Below are positions 9,068 through 16,939 of a stretch of 64,000 nt of DNA, piece after piece. Made by a program: the position numbers and the translations under genes. The notes below the pieces were generated by a model. That model searched no databases. It worked only from the letters and a program-made list of their open reading frames with translations, and had not been told where the DNA came from. The first letter of the stretch is position 1; every line of letters begins with the position of its first letter. The stretch is from positions 2,109 to 66,108 of the forward strand of contig JAWCRZ010000003.1 in NCBI GenBank assembly GCA_038868995.1, given 5' to 3'. Source of the stretch: Candidatus Woesearchaeota archaeon. Its GTDB lineage: Archaea > Nanobdellota > Nanobdellia > Woesearchaeales > ARS49.

Positions 9068-9712
9068 ATGGCAGAAACCATCCTGGCTATCGGCGCCCAT
9101 AACGACGACCATGTTATTGGTGCTGGCGGCGCTTTAACCAAATATGCAAAGGAAGGCAGGCGTGTCCGTACCATTATCTGTTCCTTTGGGGAGAAGTCGC
9201 ATCCTCATTTGAAGAAGGAAGTAATTATACGCCGAAGAGTGCAGGAAAGCCTGAAGGCAGATAAGGTTATGGGCTGCTCTGGAATTGTTTACCTTGGAGT
9301 AAGAGAAGGTCATTTTGATGAGGAATTTGCAACGCGGGATATTGCCCGGAAGATTGCATGGCTTATAAGAAAGGAAAATCCCTCAAAGATTTTCACTCAC
9401 GGGATTGATGATTTTCATCCCGACCATCAGGCGGTCCATCGTTTGGTGATGCGTCTTGCAAAAGAGGGGAAAATTAAGTGCCCAATCTACTCTTTTGAAA
9501 TCTGGTCTTTGGTGAAGTTGAGAAACCGCAACCTGCCGCGTCTGGTTGTTGACATCAGCAAGGAGCTCAATACTAAAATCAGGGCATTTCTTGTTCATGA
9601 GAGCCAGACAGCCACCATCTGGGCTTTGCTTTGGAAGCTTATTCTAAAGGACAAGCTTTCAGGTCTTATTCACGGCTATCGCTATGCTGAGGTGTTTTAC
9701 AGGTTAAAATGA
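9068..9712 (+). CDS. PIG-L/LmbE family N-acetylglucosaminyl deacetylase
   Basis: The ATG at 9068 gives MAETILAIGAHNDDHVIGAGG, an AHxDD motif, and HPDH occurs later. The track ORF start at 9008 would overlap the tRNA-Gly. Confidence 0.75.
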   Translation: MAETILAIGAHNDDHVIGAGGALTKYAKEGRRVRTIICSFGEKSHPHLKKEVIIRRRVQESLKADKVMGCSGIVYLGVREGHFDEEFATRDIARKIAWLIRKENPSKIFTHGIDDFHPDHQAVHRLVMRLAKEGKIKCPIYSFEIWSLVKLRNRNLPRLVVDISKELNTKIRAFLVHESQTATIWALLWKLILKDKLSGLIHGYRYAEVFYRLK

Positions 9713-10827
9713 AATTGGTTATTTCGACGGATTGCTTTCTGCCCCGTTGGGATGGCATTGCGCGTTATTTGTCGCAATTGTTGCCTGAGTTTGCAAGAGA
9801 TATGGAAATAACTGTCTTCGCTCCGAAATTCGAGGGCAGGGTTCCTTCATTTAAAGGGGTGAATGTTGTCCGTTTTCCATTGATTAACATCCAATTCGGG
9901 GATATTTTCTTTTGCAGTCCTGATAAGAGGTCAATGGAAAGTGCCATCGCTGCATCTGACATTGTATTCAACCAGACAATTGGTCCGGTTGGCGCTGCTG
10001 CAATCAAGATTGCAAGCAAATTGGGCAAGCCGATTGTCAGCTATATTCATAGTATTGACTGGGAGCTTGCAAGAAGGGCAGTCAAATTCAACAAAAATCT
10101 GGCTGCTTTGTACGTTAAAATGCGCGCACGGAGATTGTACAATAAATGCACACTTTTGCTCTGCCCTTCGAATGAGGTTGCAGATTTGCTTTCTCAAAAT
10201 AAGGTCAAGACGCGCAGGGAAATAGTGCATCTTGGTGTCCCGACTGAAAAGTTCTGCCCTCCTGCTTCAAAATCTGCTGCAAAGCGCAGCTTGGGCATTG
10301 ACCCTGGTTTCAAGATTGTTGGTTTTTGCGGCAGGATTGCAAGGGAAAAGGACTTGCCTACTTTGCACGAGGCTTTTCTCAAAGTTCATGCAAAGCATCG
10401 TGATACTGTGCTTTTGATTGTGGGCGAGGGCTTGGAAAGGGAGATTCCCGCTTCCCACACTGTTTTGCGCGTGGGCAGGCAGGATAATGTTGTTCCTTTT
10501 CTTCAGGCGATGGATATTTTTGTTCTTCCCAGCTTGACTGAAACTTCATCTCTGGCAACCATGGAGGCGATGGCTGTGGAATTGCCTGTAATAGTCACGC
10601 CTGTTGGCAGCATCCGCGAATACGTTGTTGACAAAAAGAACGGCTTGTTGTTTGACAGGCAGGATGTGACTGGGCTTGCTGAGAAGATTGAGTTTTTGTT
10701 GAAAAATCCGAAAATGCGCGTTGCATTGGGCAAAGCAGCAAGAAAGACAATTGTGTGTGATTATTCGTGGGAGCAGACAGTGCAGAAGATTAGGAAAGTT
10801 CTTACATCTTCAGACTTACCACGTTAG
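9709..10827 (+). CDS. glycosyltransferase family 4 (GT-B, group 1)
   Basis: 372 aa. The C-terminal half has FVLPSLTETSSLATMEAMAVELPVIVT, an E-x7-E type motif. It is coupled to the deacetylase gene by an ATGA overlap. Confidence 0.8.
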   Translation: MKLVISTDCFLPRWDGIARYLSQLLPEFARDMEITVFAPKFEGRVPSFKGVNVVRFPLINIQFGDIFFCSPDKRSMESAIAASDIVFNQTIGPVGAAAIKIASKLGKPIVSYIHSIDWELARRAVKFNKNLAALYVKMRARRLYNKCTLLLCPSNEVADLLSQNKVKTRREIVHLGVPTEKFCPPASKSAAKRSLGIDPGFKIVGFCGRIAREKDLPTLHEAFLKVHAKHRDTVLLIVGEGLEREIPASHTVLRVGRQDNVVPFLQAMDIFVLPSLTETSSLATMEAMAVELPVIVTPVGSIREYVVDKKNGLLFDRQDVTGLAEKIEFLLKNPKMRVALGKAARKTIVCDYSWEQTVQKIRKVLTSSDLPR

Positions 10828-13800
10828 ATAACCCTGTTTCCTGGTTCATGCTGACGCCGTAGAGAATATCACCTTCAGAAATTATGGCGTCGTTGTGTGA
10901 AATGACAACGTATTGTGCCTTGTTGCAATAGCTTCTGATTAGTTTCGCAAGTTTTTCGCTGTTGTGCTTGTCAAGCGCGGCGTCCACTTCGTCGAGAATG
11001 TAGAATGTTGCCGGTTCGTGCTCTTGGATTGCAAACAGGAATGCCAGTCCGGTGAGTGTTTTCTCTCCACCGCTCAAACTTCTTATATCAATAAACTTGT
11101 TGCCGCTTAGGCGTACGTTGAATTTTAGGCCTCCTGCAAACGGCTCTTCCTTGTTTTCAAGTTCAAGGTATGCTTCTCCTTTTGTTGTCAGTTGGTTGAA
11201 TATGCGCCTGAATTGTCCATCAACAGCTTGCAATGTCTTCAAGAACAGTTCTTTCTTGTTTCTTTCAATTTCATTCATCATTCCGACAACTGCATCTTTT
11301 TCTTTCAGCAGGACGTTCTTTTTCTCAAGCAATATTCCGTATTCTTTCTCCACCGTCTCATAAATCTCAAGTGCGCGCATATTGACGTTGCCTATTGTTA
11401 TAATCATTCTCTCAAAGTCAGCTATTTCCTTTTTGAGCTGTTCTTCCGGTTTTTCCATATCCAGTTCTACGCCTGAATATTGTTCGAATTCTGCATTCAG
11501 TCCAGCTGATTCTGCCTTTGCTTTTGCCTCTTCGATAGACAACAAATTGATCGTCATCTCTTCTTTTCTGCTCACTTCATCTATGTTCAATATTCTTGCC
11601 TCTTTGTCGCTTGCTTCCTTGTCAAGCTTGTTTCTTTTCTCAATTAATCCTTTGAACTGGCTTAAAAACTGCATTTGTTCTTTTTCCTTGCCAGACAGTT
11701 CTGATTCTTGCCCCGCAATAAGTTTGTTTAAATTTTCTATTTCCCCTTTGAATGCTTCTTCCTCTTTTTCCATGTCTTTTAGCAGCTTGCCCATATTCTC
11801 TTTGTCTCTGCCTAGAATATCGGTCAGCTGAACATCAATGCCTTTTTGTTCTCCTTCAATGCGTATTTTTTCCTGTTCAAGCTGTTTTCTTTTTTCTTCA
11901 AATGCATTCAGCTCCGCCAGAACTCTTGGATTCCTCAATTCAGCAATTTTGTTCCGGATGGTCTGCTTCTCAATTTTCAGGTCGGTGAGCGCTTTTGTTT
12001 CGACTGCTATCTGTTCTTCAAGCGATTCAATGTCTTTGCCTATCTGCTTGATGGTCTTGGTTAATTCTTCCTTGTAGTTTTTTGTCGCTTCCAAATCTCC
12101 TGTATCCAGATGCAAACTTTTTTCCTGTTTGATAATGTCTCCTTCTAAATTCGCCTTTAGCTCCCGCAATTTTGCTATCTTGTCCTCGTTTGCTTTTCTG
12201 TTTCTTTCAAGAGTGTTCAGTCTGTCTTCAAGCGCTGCAACCTGTTTTCTTGTGTCTTCAAGTTTGCCTTCTATTTCTTTTTCCTTGAAGCTTCCTGCTT
12301 TCTTTGCTCTGAAACCTCCTGTCATTGCTCCTGAAAGCTCACACATGTCTCCATCAAGGGTGACCATGCGTGCTTTACCGATGCCAATGCGCCGTGCTGT
12401 TTCAATATCTTCCACAATAAGCGTGTTTCCAAACACATGCGAGAATACATTCTTGAATTTTGGATCAAAATCCAGTAAATCTATGGCAAATCCGTGGACT
12501 CCTTTTTCTTTTGCCAGTTTTTTAAGTTCTTCTTTGACAGGGGTGGGCTTTATTTTGTTCAATGGAAGAAATGTCGCAAATCCAAACTTGCCTGCTTTCA
12601 GGAATTTGATTGCCTGTGCCGCTGTTTTGTCTTCGTCTACAACTATGCTGTGAATTTTCTGCGAGGCGGCTATCTCAAGCGCCAGCGCGTATTTGCTTTC
12701 CGAGCTTCCCAATTCAGAAACAGTTCCATATACTTCGCCGAATTTTTGTCTGTTCTCCAAAACTTTTTTTACAGCAATGTTTGCAGATATTTGTTCCTGC
12801 ACTGATGCCTGCTTGATGCTCAACTTGCTTTCTTCTTCTCGCATTGAGTGCAGTTCTGCCCTGCCTTTTGCGAGCGTATTTGCGTCTTTGCTGTCCTGAT
12901 TCAGAAGTTCATTGAGTTCAAGGACAATTTTCTTGAATTGTTCTTTCTTGTTCTTCAGCTCCCGTAATTCTTCTGTATGTGCGCTCTCAAGTTCTTTGAC
13001 TTTTGCTATTTTCTCGTCCATTGTTGCTATCTGGAATTCTGCCTTGTCTTTTTCGCGCACGAGTGCCTGTTGTTTTTCACGCAGTATTTGTATCTCCCGT
13101 TGTTTTTCCTCTGCTCTTTTGTCAAGTTCTTCAAATTGCTTGTCGATATCGGCATCATCCTGTAAATCATGTTTTGCCTTGAATTCCTTTATTTTTGAAT
13201 CCAGTTCTGCAATGGTTTTGCCCATTGCTTCCAGCTGTGCTGTCTGCTGTCTTTTCTGCTCGTTGAGTTCCTTTATTTTGTCATCAACTTCTTCCATGTT
13301 CTTTTGCAGCTGTTCTTTGCGCTGGCAGATTCTGTCAATTTCTGTCTTGCAGGTGCTTATGCGCTGTTTGTGCATCGCTAACTGGATTTTGAGTTGTTCG
13401 ACTTCCTTCTGGATTTTTATCTGTTCAACTTCCCCCCTTCTTTCAATTTCAGAATTTATCTCCTGTATTGTTTTTTTGCATTCTGCAATCTCGTTGCGCA
13501 ATCTTTGTATCTGCTGCTGGTATTTTGCAAGCTTTTCTTTGTGCTCTGAGCTTTTGTCCTCTAATTTTTTAAGTTCAGCATCTTTCTTGTTCAACTGTCT
13601 TTTGAGATAGCTTGCCTTGTTCTGCTTTATCTTGTCATTCAATTCTTTGTACTTCAGTGCCTGGTCCCTGTCTTTTTTCAGTTCTTTCAGGTATGATTCT
13701 CTTTCTTTCAAAATAATCTCTGCCTCGTTCAATTTCGCTCCGACTTTTTCAAGCTCATTTAGCGCTTGCTGTTTTTTCTCTTCATATATTCCAATGCCTG

Positions 13801-14356
13801 CTATTTCTTCAACAAGCTGTCTAAGTTCAATGCCGCTCATCATTACCAGCCTTGTTATATCTCCTTGCAGAATTATGTTGTAGCCTTCCGGGTTGATTTT
13901 TGCAGCACTTAATAACTCAAGTATTTCCTGCCTTGTTTTTGTCTTGCCGTTTATCTTGTATTTGCCTGTTCCGTCAGCTCTGACTATTCTTGTTATTTTT
14001 ACTTCCTCTTCCTCAATCGGGAATATTTTTTGCCTGTTGTCAAAGACAATGCTTACTTCTGCTTCTTTTGCCGGCTGTTTTGTCTTGCCGCCGTTGTAGA
14101 TTAGGTTCGCGCTTTTTTCTGCTCGCAATTGCTTTGAAGAACTCTTTCCAAGTACAAAACATAGTGCATCCAGAACGTTTGACTTGCCGCTTCCGTTTGG
14201 CCCAAGAATGACGTTGAAGTCGTCTCCAAACAGCAGTTCTGTGTATTTTCCAAAGCTCTTGAACCCGTTAAGGATTAGTTTTGTTATCTTTGTGGCTTTA
14301 GCTACTTTGGGTATTTCCGTCTCTGGTGTAGTTACTACCCCTGTTTCCATCTTCAT
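10802..14356 (-). CDS. smc: chromosome segregation protein SMC
   Basis: 1184 aa. It has the Walker A GPNGSGKSNVLDA, long Lys/Glu coiled coils, a hinge, the signature LSGGEKTLTGLAFLFA and the Walker B FYILDEVDAALD. Confidence 0.95.
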   Translation of the reverse strand: MKMETGVVTTPETEIPKVAKATKITKLILNGFKSFGKYTELLFGDDFNVILGPNGSGKSNVLDALCFVLGKSSSKQLRAEKSANLIYNGGKTKQPAKEAEVSIVFDNRQKIFPIEEEEVKITRIVRADGTGKYKINGKTKTRQEILELLSAAKINPEGYNIILQGDITRLVMMSGIELRQLVEEIAGIGIYEEKKQQALNELEKVGAKLNEAEIILKERESYLKELKKDRDQALKYKELNDKIKQNKASYLKRQLNKKDAELKKLEDKSSEHKEKLAKYQQQIQRLRNEIAECKKTIQEINSEIERRGEVEQIKIQKEVEQLKIQLAMHKQRISTCKTEIDRICQRKEQLQKNMEEVDDKIKELNEQKRQQTAQLEAMGKTIAELDSKIKEFKAKHDLQDDADIDKQFEELDKRAEEKQREIQILREKQQALVREKDKAEFQIATMDEKIAKVKELESAHTEELRELKNKKEQFKKIVLELNELLNQDSKDANTLAKGRAELHSMREEESKLSIKQASVQEQISANIAVKKVLENRQKFGEVYGTVSELGSSESKYALALEIAASQKIHSIVVDEDKTAAQAIKFLKAGKFGFATFLPLNKIKPTPVKEELKKLAKEKGVHGFAIDLLDFDPKFKNVFSHVFGNTLIVEDIETARRIGIGKARMVTLDGDMCELSGAMTGGFRAKKAGSFKEKEIEGKLEDTRKQVAALEDRLNTLERNRKANEDKIAKLRELKANLEGDIIKQEKSLHLDTGDLEATKNYKEELTKTIKQIGKDIESLEEQIAVETKALTDLKIEKQTIRNKIAELRNPRVLAELNAFEEKRKQLEQEKIRIEGEQKGIDVQLTDILGRDKENMGKLLKDMEKEEEAFKGEIENLNKLIAGQESELSGKEKEQMQFLSQFKGLIEKRNKLDKEASDKEARILNIDEVSRKEEMTINLLSIEEAKAKAESAGLNAEFEQYSGVELDMEKPEEQLKKEIADFERMIITIGNVNMRALEIYETVEKEYGILLEKKNVLLKEKDAVVGMMNEIERNKKELFLKTLQAVDGQFRRIFNQLTTKGEAYLELENKEEPFAGGLKFNVRLSGNKFIDIRSLSGGEKTLTGLAFLFAIQEHEPATFYILDEVDAALDKHNSEKLAKLIRSYCNKAQYVVISHNDAIISEGDILYGVSMNQETGLSNVVSLKM

Positions 14357-14396
14357 TTTTGGTATATTTAGGGTATATAAAGACTGTGGTAGAAAG

Positions 14397-14530
14397 GCTG
14401 TATTGAAAAGTTTTCAATGGGCCCTGGTCTCACAGCGTGAGACTTCCTTTTTTCCTCGCCTGCGCAGGGGAGAAAAAAGGAACCTTGGCTTTGCCAGGGC
14501 GGGGTCTGCGCTGAACCTTTCAATACAGCC
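14397..14530. mobile_element. family-2 hairpin MITE (134 bp) with 9-bp target-site duplication
   Basis: The termini are GCTGTATTGAAAAG and CTTTCAATACAGCC, forming inverted repeats. It is flanked by GGTAGAAAG at 14388-14396 and 14531-14539. Its core is homologous to family 1. Confidence 0.75.
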
Positions 14531-14539
14531 GGTAGAAAG

Positions 14540-14549
14540 TTATTTAAAG
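14540..14549 (+). promoter_or_regulatory. TATA-like box for the parvulin gene
   Basis: TTATTTAAAG is centred about 26 nt upstream of the ATG at 14571 and directly abuts the MITE duplication. Confidence 0.45.
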
Positions 14550-14570
14550 CCTATATTTGGCGCTACAGTT

Positions 14571-14852
14571 ATGACATCTAAAGTACACGCGGCGCATATT
14601 CTGGTGAAAACTGAGCAGGAAGCCTTTGGTTTGCTCTATGACATCAACCACGGCAAAGACTTTGCAGAAGTTGCCAAAGCCAAATCCCTCTGCCCTTCCG
14701 GCAAAAATGGCGGAGATTTGGGCTGGTTCGGCCGCGGCATGATGGTCAAGGAATTTGAACAAGCTGCCTTCGCAATGAAACCAGGAGAACTTTCAAAGCC
14801 GGTCAAAACACAATTCGGCTGGCATATTATTAAAGTGATGGAAGTTAAGTGA
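14571..14852 (+). CDS. parvulin-type peptidyl-prolyl cis-trans isomerase (PpiC)
   Basis: 93 aa. The sequence MTSKVHAAHILV...GGDLGWFGRGMMVKEFEQAAF...QFGWHIIKV matches the parvulin pattern. The longer track ORF (14184) runs through the MITE and is rejected. Confidence 0.85.
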   Translation: MTSKVHAAHILVKTEQEAFGLLYDINHGKDFAEVAKAKSLCPSGKNGGDLGWFGRGMMVKEFEQAAFAMKPGELSKPVKTQFGWHIIKVMEVK

Positions 14853-15078
14853 TTATTTTGTGCGATTGACTGCGATATTCCATCTGGTTTTTCTTATGTT
14901 GTGGATCTTGAATCCTGATTTCTTGAGGGATTTATTAATTCATTTTTTGAATGCGTAATGCGGGATTCTGTCCTTTTCCTGAGCAGACCTCGAGTATTTT
15001 CTTTACTCTTCTGTGTGAGAATAAATTGAGTTATTTTTTGTCCTTGTTCTGTATTTGTGTGGGTTTAACATTAACTTT

Positions 15079-15732
15079 TCAATATTCTCCGATTTTTTTC
15101 TGTTTTTTCAGTCCTGCCGCTTCTTTGTAAGTGCTCCAGCTGTGCCTGAAAATTTCCGGATGCTTGTCCCAGTATTTTTCCACAAATGCTTTGGTTATCG
15201 GGTTTGCAGGATAGCCTGGGCCTACATCCACTCCAACATGTTTTTTTATCTGTTCAATTGCTGCATCTCTTTCTACTTTCGCTAAAATCGATGCTGCTGC
15301 AACTACCGGATATTTGAAATCTGCCTTGTGTTCTGTTATGATTTTGGTTTTTTTGTGCAATAATCTCTCAACGATGTATTCATGGTAGGCTTTTGTGTTT
15401 GGGCTTGGGCAGTCAATTATCACTTTGTCCGGCTGTAAAATATTAACAAGCTCAACAGCTTTGTTTGCCTCTAGCCAGTTCAAATTGCTGCCATTGTTTC
15501 CTCCAACATTGTCGTCAATTTCTTTTGGCGAGAGCACAATCAACTGATATTTTACTATTTTCTTGAGCGCTGATGCAATTCTTTCGCGTTGTTTTGGTGA
15601 AAGCAGTTTGGAATCCTTTACGCCTAATTCCTTTAACTTCCCCTCTTCTTTCTCATCTATTAGAACTCCACAAAGCACAAGTGGTCCAACTACTGCCCCT
15701 CTGCCTGCTTCGTCTATGCCGCATAGTTTCAT
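15079..15732 (-). CDS. rnhB: ribonuclease HII
   Basis: The N-terminus MKLCGIDEAGRGAVVGPLVLCGV is the RNase HII catalytic motif. Length is 217 aa. Confidence 0.9.
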   Translation of the reverse strand: MKLCGIDEAGRGAVVGPLVLCGVLIDEKEEGKLKELGVKDSKLLSPKQRERIASALKKIVKYQLIVLSPKEIDDNVGGNNGSNLNWLEANKAVELVNILQPDKVIIDCPSPNTKAYHEYIVERLLHKKTKIITEHKADFKYPVVAAASILAKVERDAAIEQIKKHVGVDVGPGYPANPITKAFVEKYWDKHPEIFRHSWSTYKEAAGLKKQKKIGEY

Positions 15733-15752
15733 AAGGTCTTTTTTGCTGTTTG

Positions 15753-15762
15753 TCTTTAAAAT
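15753..15762 (-). promoter_or_regulatory. TATA-like box for rnhB
   Basis: The reverse strand reads ATTTTAAAGA, centred about 25 nt upstream of the ATG at 15732 and 3 bp from the MITE duplication. Confidence 0.45.
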
Positions 15763-15773
15763 CTTTGCCTGCG

Positions 15774-15898
15774 GGTGCTGTCAACTTAATGGTGCCGCGC
15801 TGGCCTGACTTTTCTTCTCCCCTTGCAAGTGCGGGGTGAGAAAAGTCATCTCGGCAACGTCGAGGCAGCGCGGCCAGCACCAGAGAGTTGACTTAACC
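15774..15898. mobile_element. family-1 hairpin MITE (125 bp) with perfect 9-bp target-site duplication
   Basis: It runs GGTGCTGTCAACTTAATGGTGC...CACCAGAGAGTTGACTTAACC and is flanked by TTGCCTGCG at 15765-15773 and 15899-15907. Confidence 0.85.
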
Positions 15899-15911
15899 TT
15901 GCCTGCGAAAT

Positions 15912-15921
15912 GTTTATATAC
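15912..15921 (+). promoter_or_regulatory. TATA-like box for the 15943 gene
   Basis: GTTTATATAC is centred about 26 nt upstream of the ATG at 15943. Confidence 0.45.
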
Positions 15922-15942
15922 ACTCGGAATTCCTGAAATTTT

Positions 15943-16299
15943 ATGTCAAGAACAAATCCGCGCCCATCTGCCGAAATTATTCAGTTTGTCGGTGTTTCTG
16001 ACCTTGATGCTGAGGAGCAGGCTACAGTACATGCCATAACAACTGAGCATTTTGCTAAAATCAAGCGTGACTTGCAGAACATTACCAATATGACTGTTCA
16101 CGTTAAATGTTATCAGAAAGAGGGGGGCAGGAAGAAGTATTCTATGCACGTCAAGGTTGCCGCGCCGACAAGAATTTTTGACAGTTCTAACGCTGATGAC
16201 TGGGAGCTTCCAAGAGCTTTGCACAAAGCATTTGAGGATATCCGTCATCAGATTCAGCACAAGTTGCATACTGATAGTACAAGGCCGGATAGACTGTAA
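15943..16299 (+). CDS. small protein with possible HPF/RaiA (ribosomal S30AE-like) fold
   Basis: 118 aa. The predicted strand-helix-three-strands-helix pattern and the C-terminal helix WELPRALHKAFEDIRHQIQHK are colinear with bacterial YfiA/HPF. This rests on pattern resemblance alone. Confidence 0.3.
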   Translation: MSRTNPRPSAEIIQFVGVSDLDAEEQATVHAITTEHFAKIKRDLQNITNMTVHVKCYQKEGGRKKYSMHVKVAAPTRIFDSSNADDWELPRALHKAFEDIRHQIQHKLHTDSTRPDRL

Positions 16300-16366
16300 T
16301 TCTTTCAACTGGACAGTGGACAGTTGTTCATAGCGAATTTAAGCCAATTCTTTCCCGATATTGAGT

Positions 16367-16915
16367 ATGCAACTAACCCCAGAACTTGTTCGAATTCACG
16401 CGCATCTTTGTGGAGACGGCAGCATTTGTGAATACAAATCTTCCGAAAAAGACCATAAAAGACGCGCGGCGGTTCTTTATTGGAATACGAACTCAGAACT
16501 CATAGAGTCTTTTAGACGAGATATGACTGCAGAATTTGGAGTGAAGATGACATATAGCCCTAAAAGTTGCAGAGTGGCAGTCCGGAGTTTAAGGATTGCG
16601 AGACGATTGCTGTCTTTGTCACAATATAAAACTCGAACTTGGCGTGTGCCCGAACGCATCAAGAAGGCTTCACGCGAGTTGCAGATTGAATGGATTAAGG
16701 CATTCTCATATGATGATGGGTATACTCCGAGGGAAAGAAAAGTTATACGACTCAAGTGCATGAACTACCATGGACTTAAAGACGTCAAAGAAATGGTTGA
16801 CAAATTAAGAATAAAAAACTCATTCACTGGACCTAATTGTGATGGGACTTGGTATTTGAATATTCACAAGCAAAAAGAGTTATTTGATTTTGTCAAGAAA
16901 CCTTCAAGAAAATAA
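16367..16915 (+). CDS. free-standing double-motif LAGLIDADG homing endonuclease-like protein
   Basis: There are two LAGLIDADG-like motifs about 100 aa apart: HAHLCGDGS and IKAFSYDDGY. An alternative TTG start lies at 16361. Confidence 0.6.
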   Translation: MQLTPELVRIHAHLCGDGSICEYKSSEKDHKRRAAVLYWNTNSELIESFRRDMTAEFGVKMTYSPKSCRVAVRSLRIARRLLSLSQYKTRTWRVPERIKKASRELQIEWIKAFSYDDGYTPRERKVIRLKCMNYHGLKDVKEMVDKLRIKNSFTGPNCDGTWYLNIHKQKELFDFVKKPSRK

Positions 16916-16939
16916 GAGGGGCCCTGGAAAGCCCCAGTA

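Noticed and set aside
11052-14099. A chain of plus-strand ORFs (68-232 aa) rich in Ser/Phe/Leu/Cys, lying opposite the smc gene.
   Set aside because: They are antisense shadows of the Lys/Glu/Leu-rich SMC coiled coil. They have low-complexity composition and no motifs, and smc is unambiguous.
14184-14570. A long N-terminal extension of the parvulin ORF (track ORF 14184-14852).
   Set aside because: The extension starts at a TTG, overlaps the smc start region, and reads through the MITE. The conserved parvulin begins at the ATG at 14571, with a TATA box 26 nt upstream.
14853-15078. The 226-bp convergent spacer between the parvulin and rnhB genes, examined as a possible ncRNA or C/D-box sRNA locus.
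   Set aside because: I found no C/D boxes, no stable hairpin and no ORF. The T-rich tracts on both strands are consistent with plain terminators.
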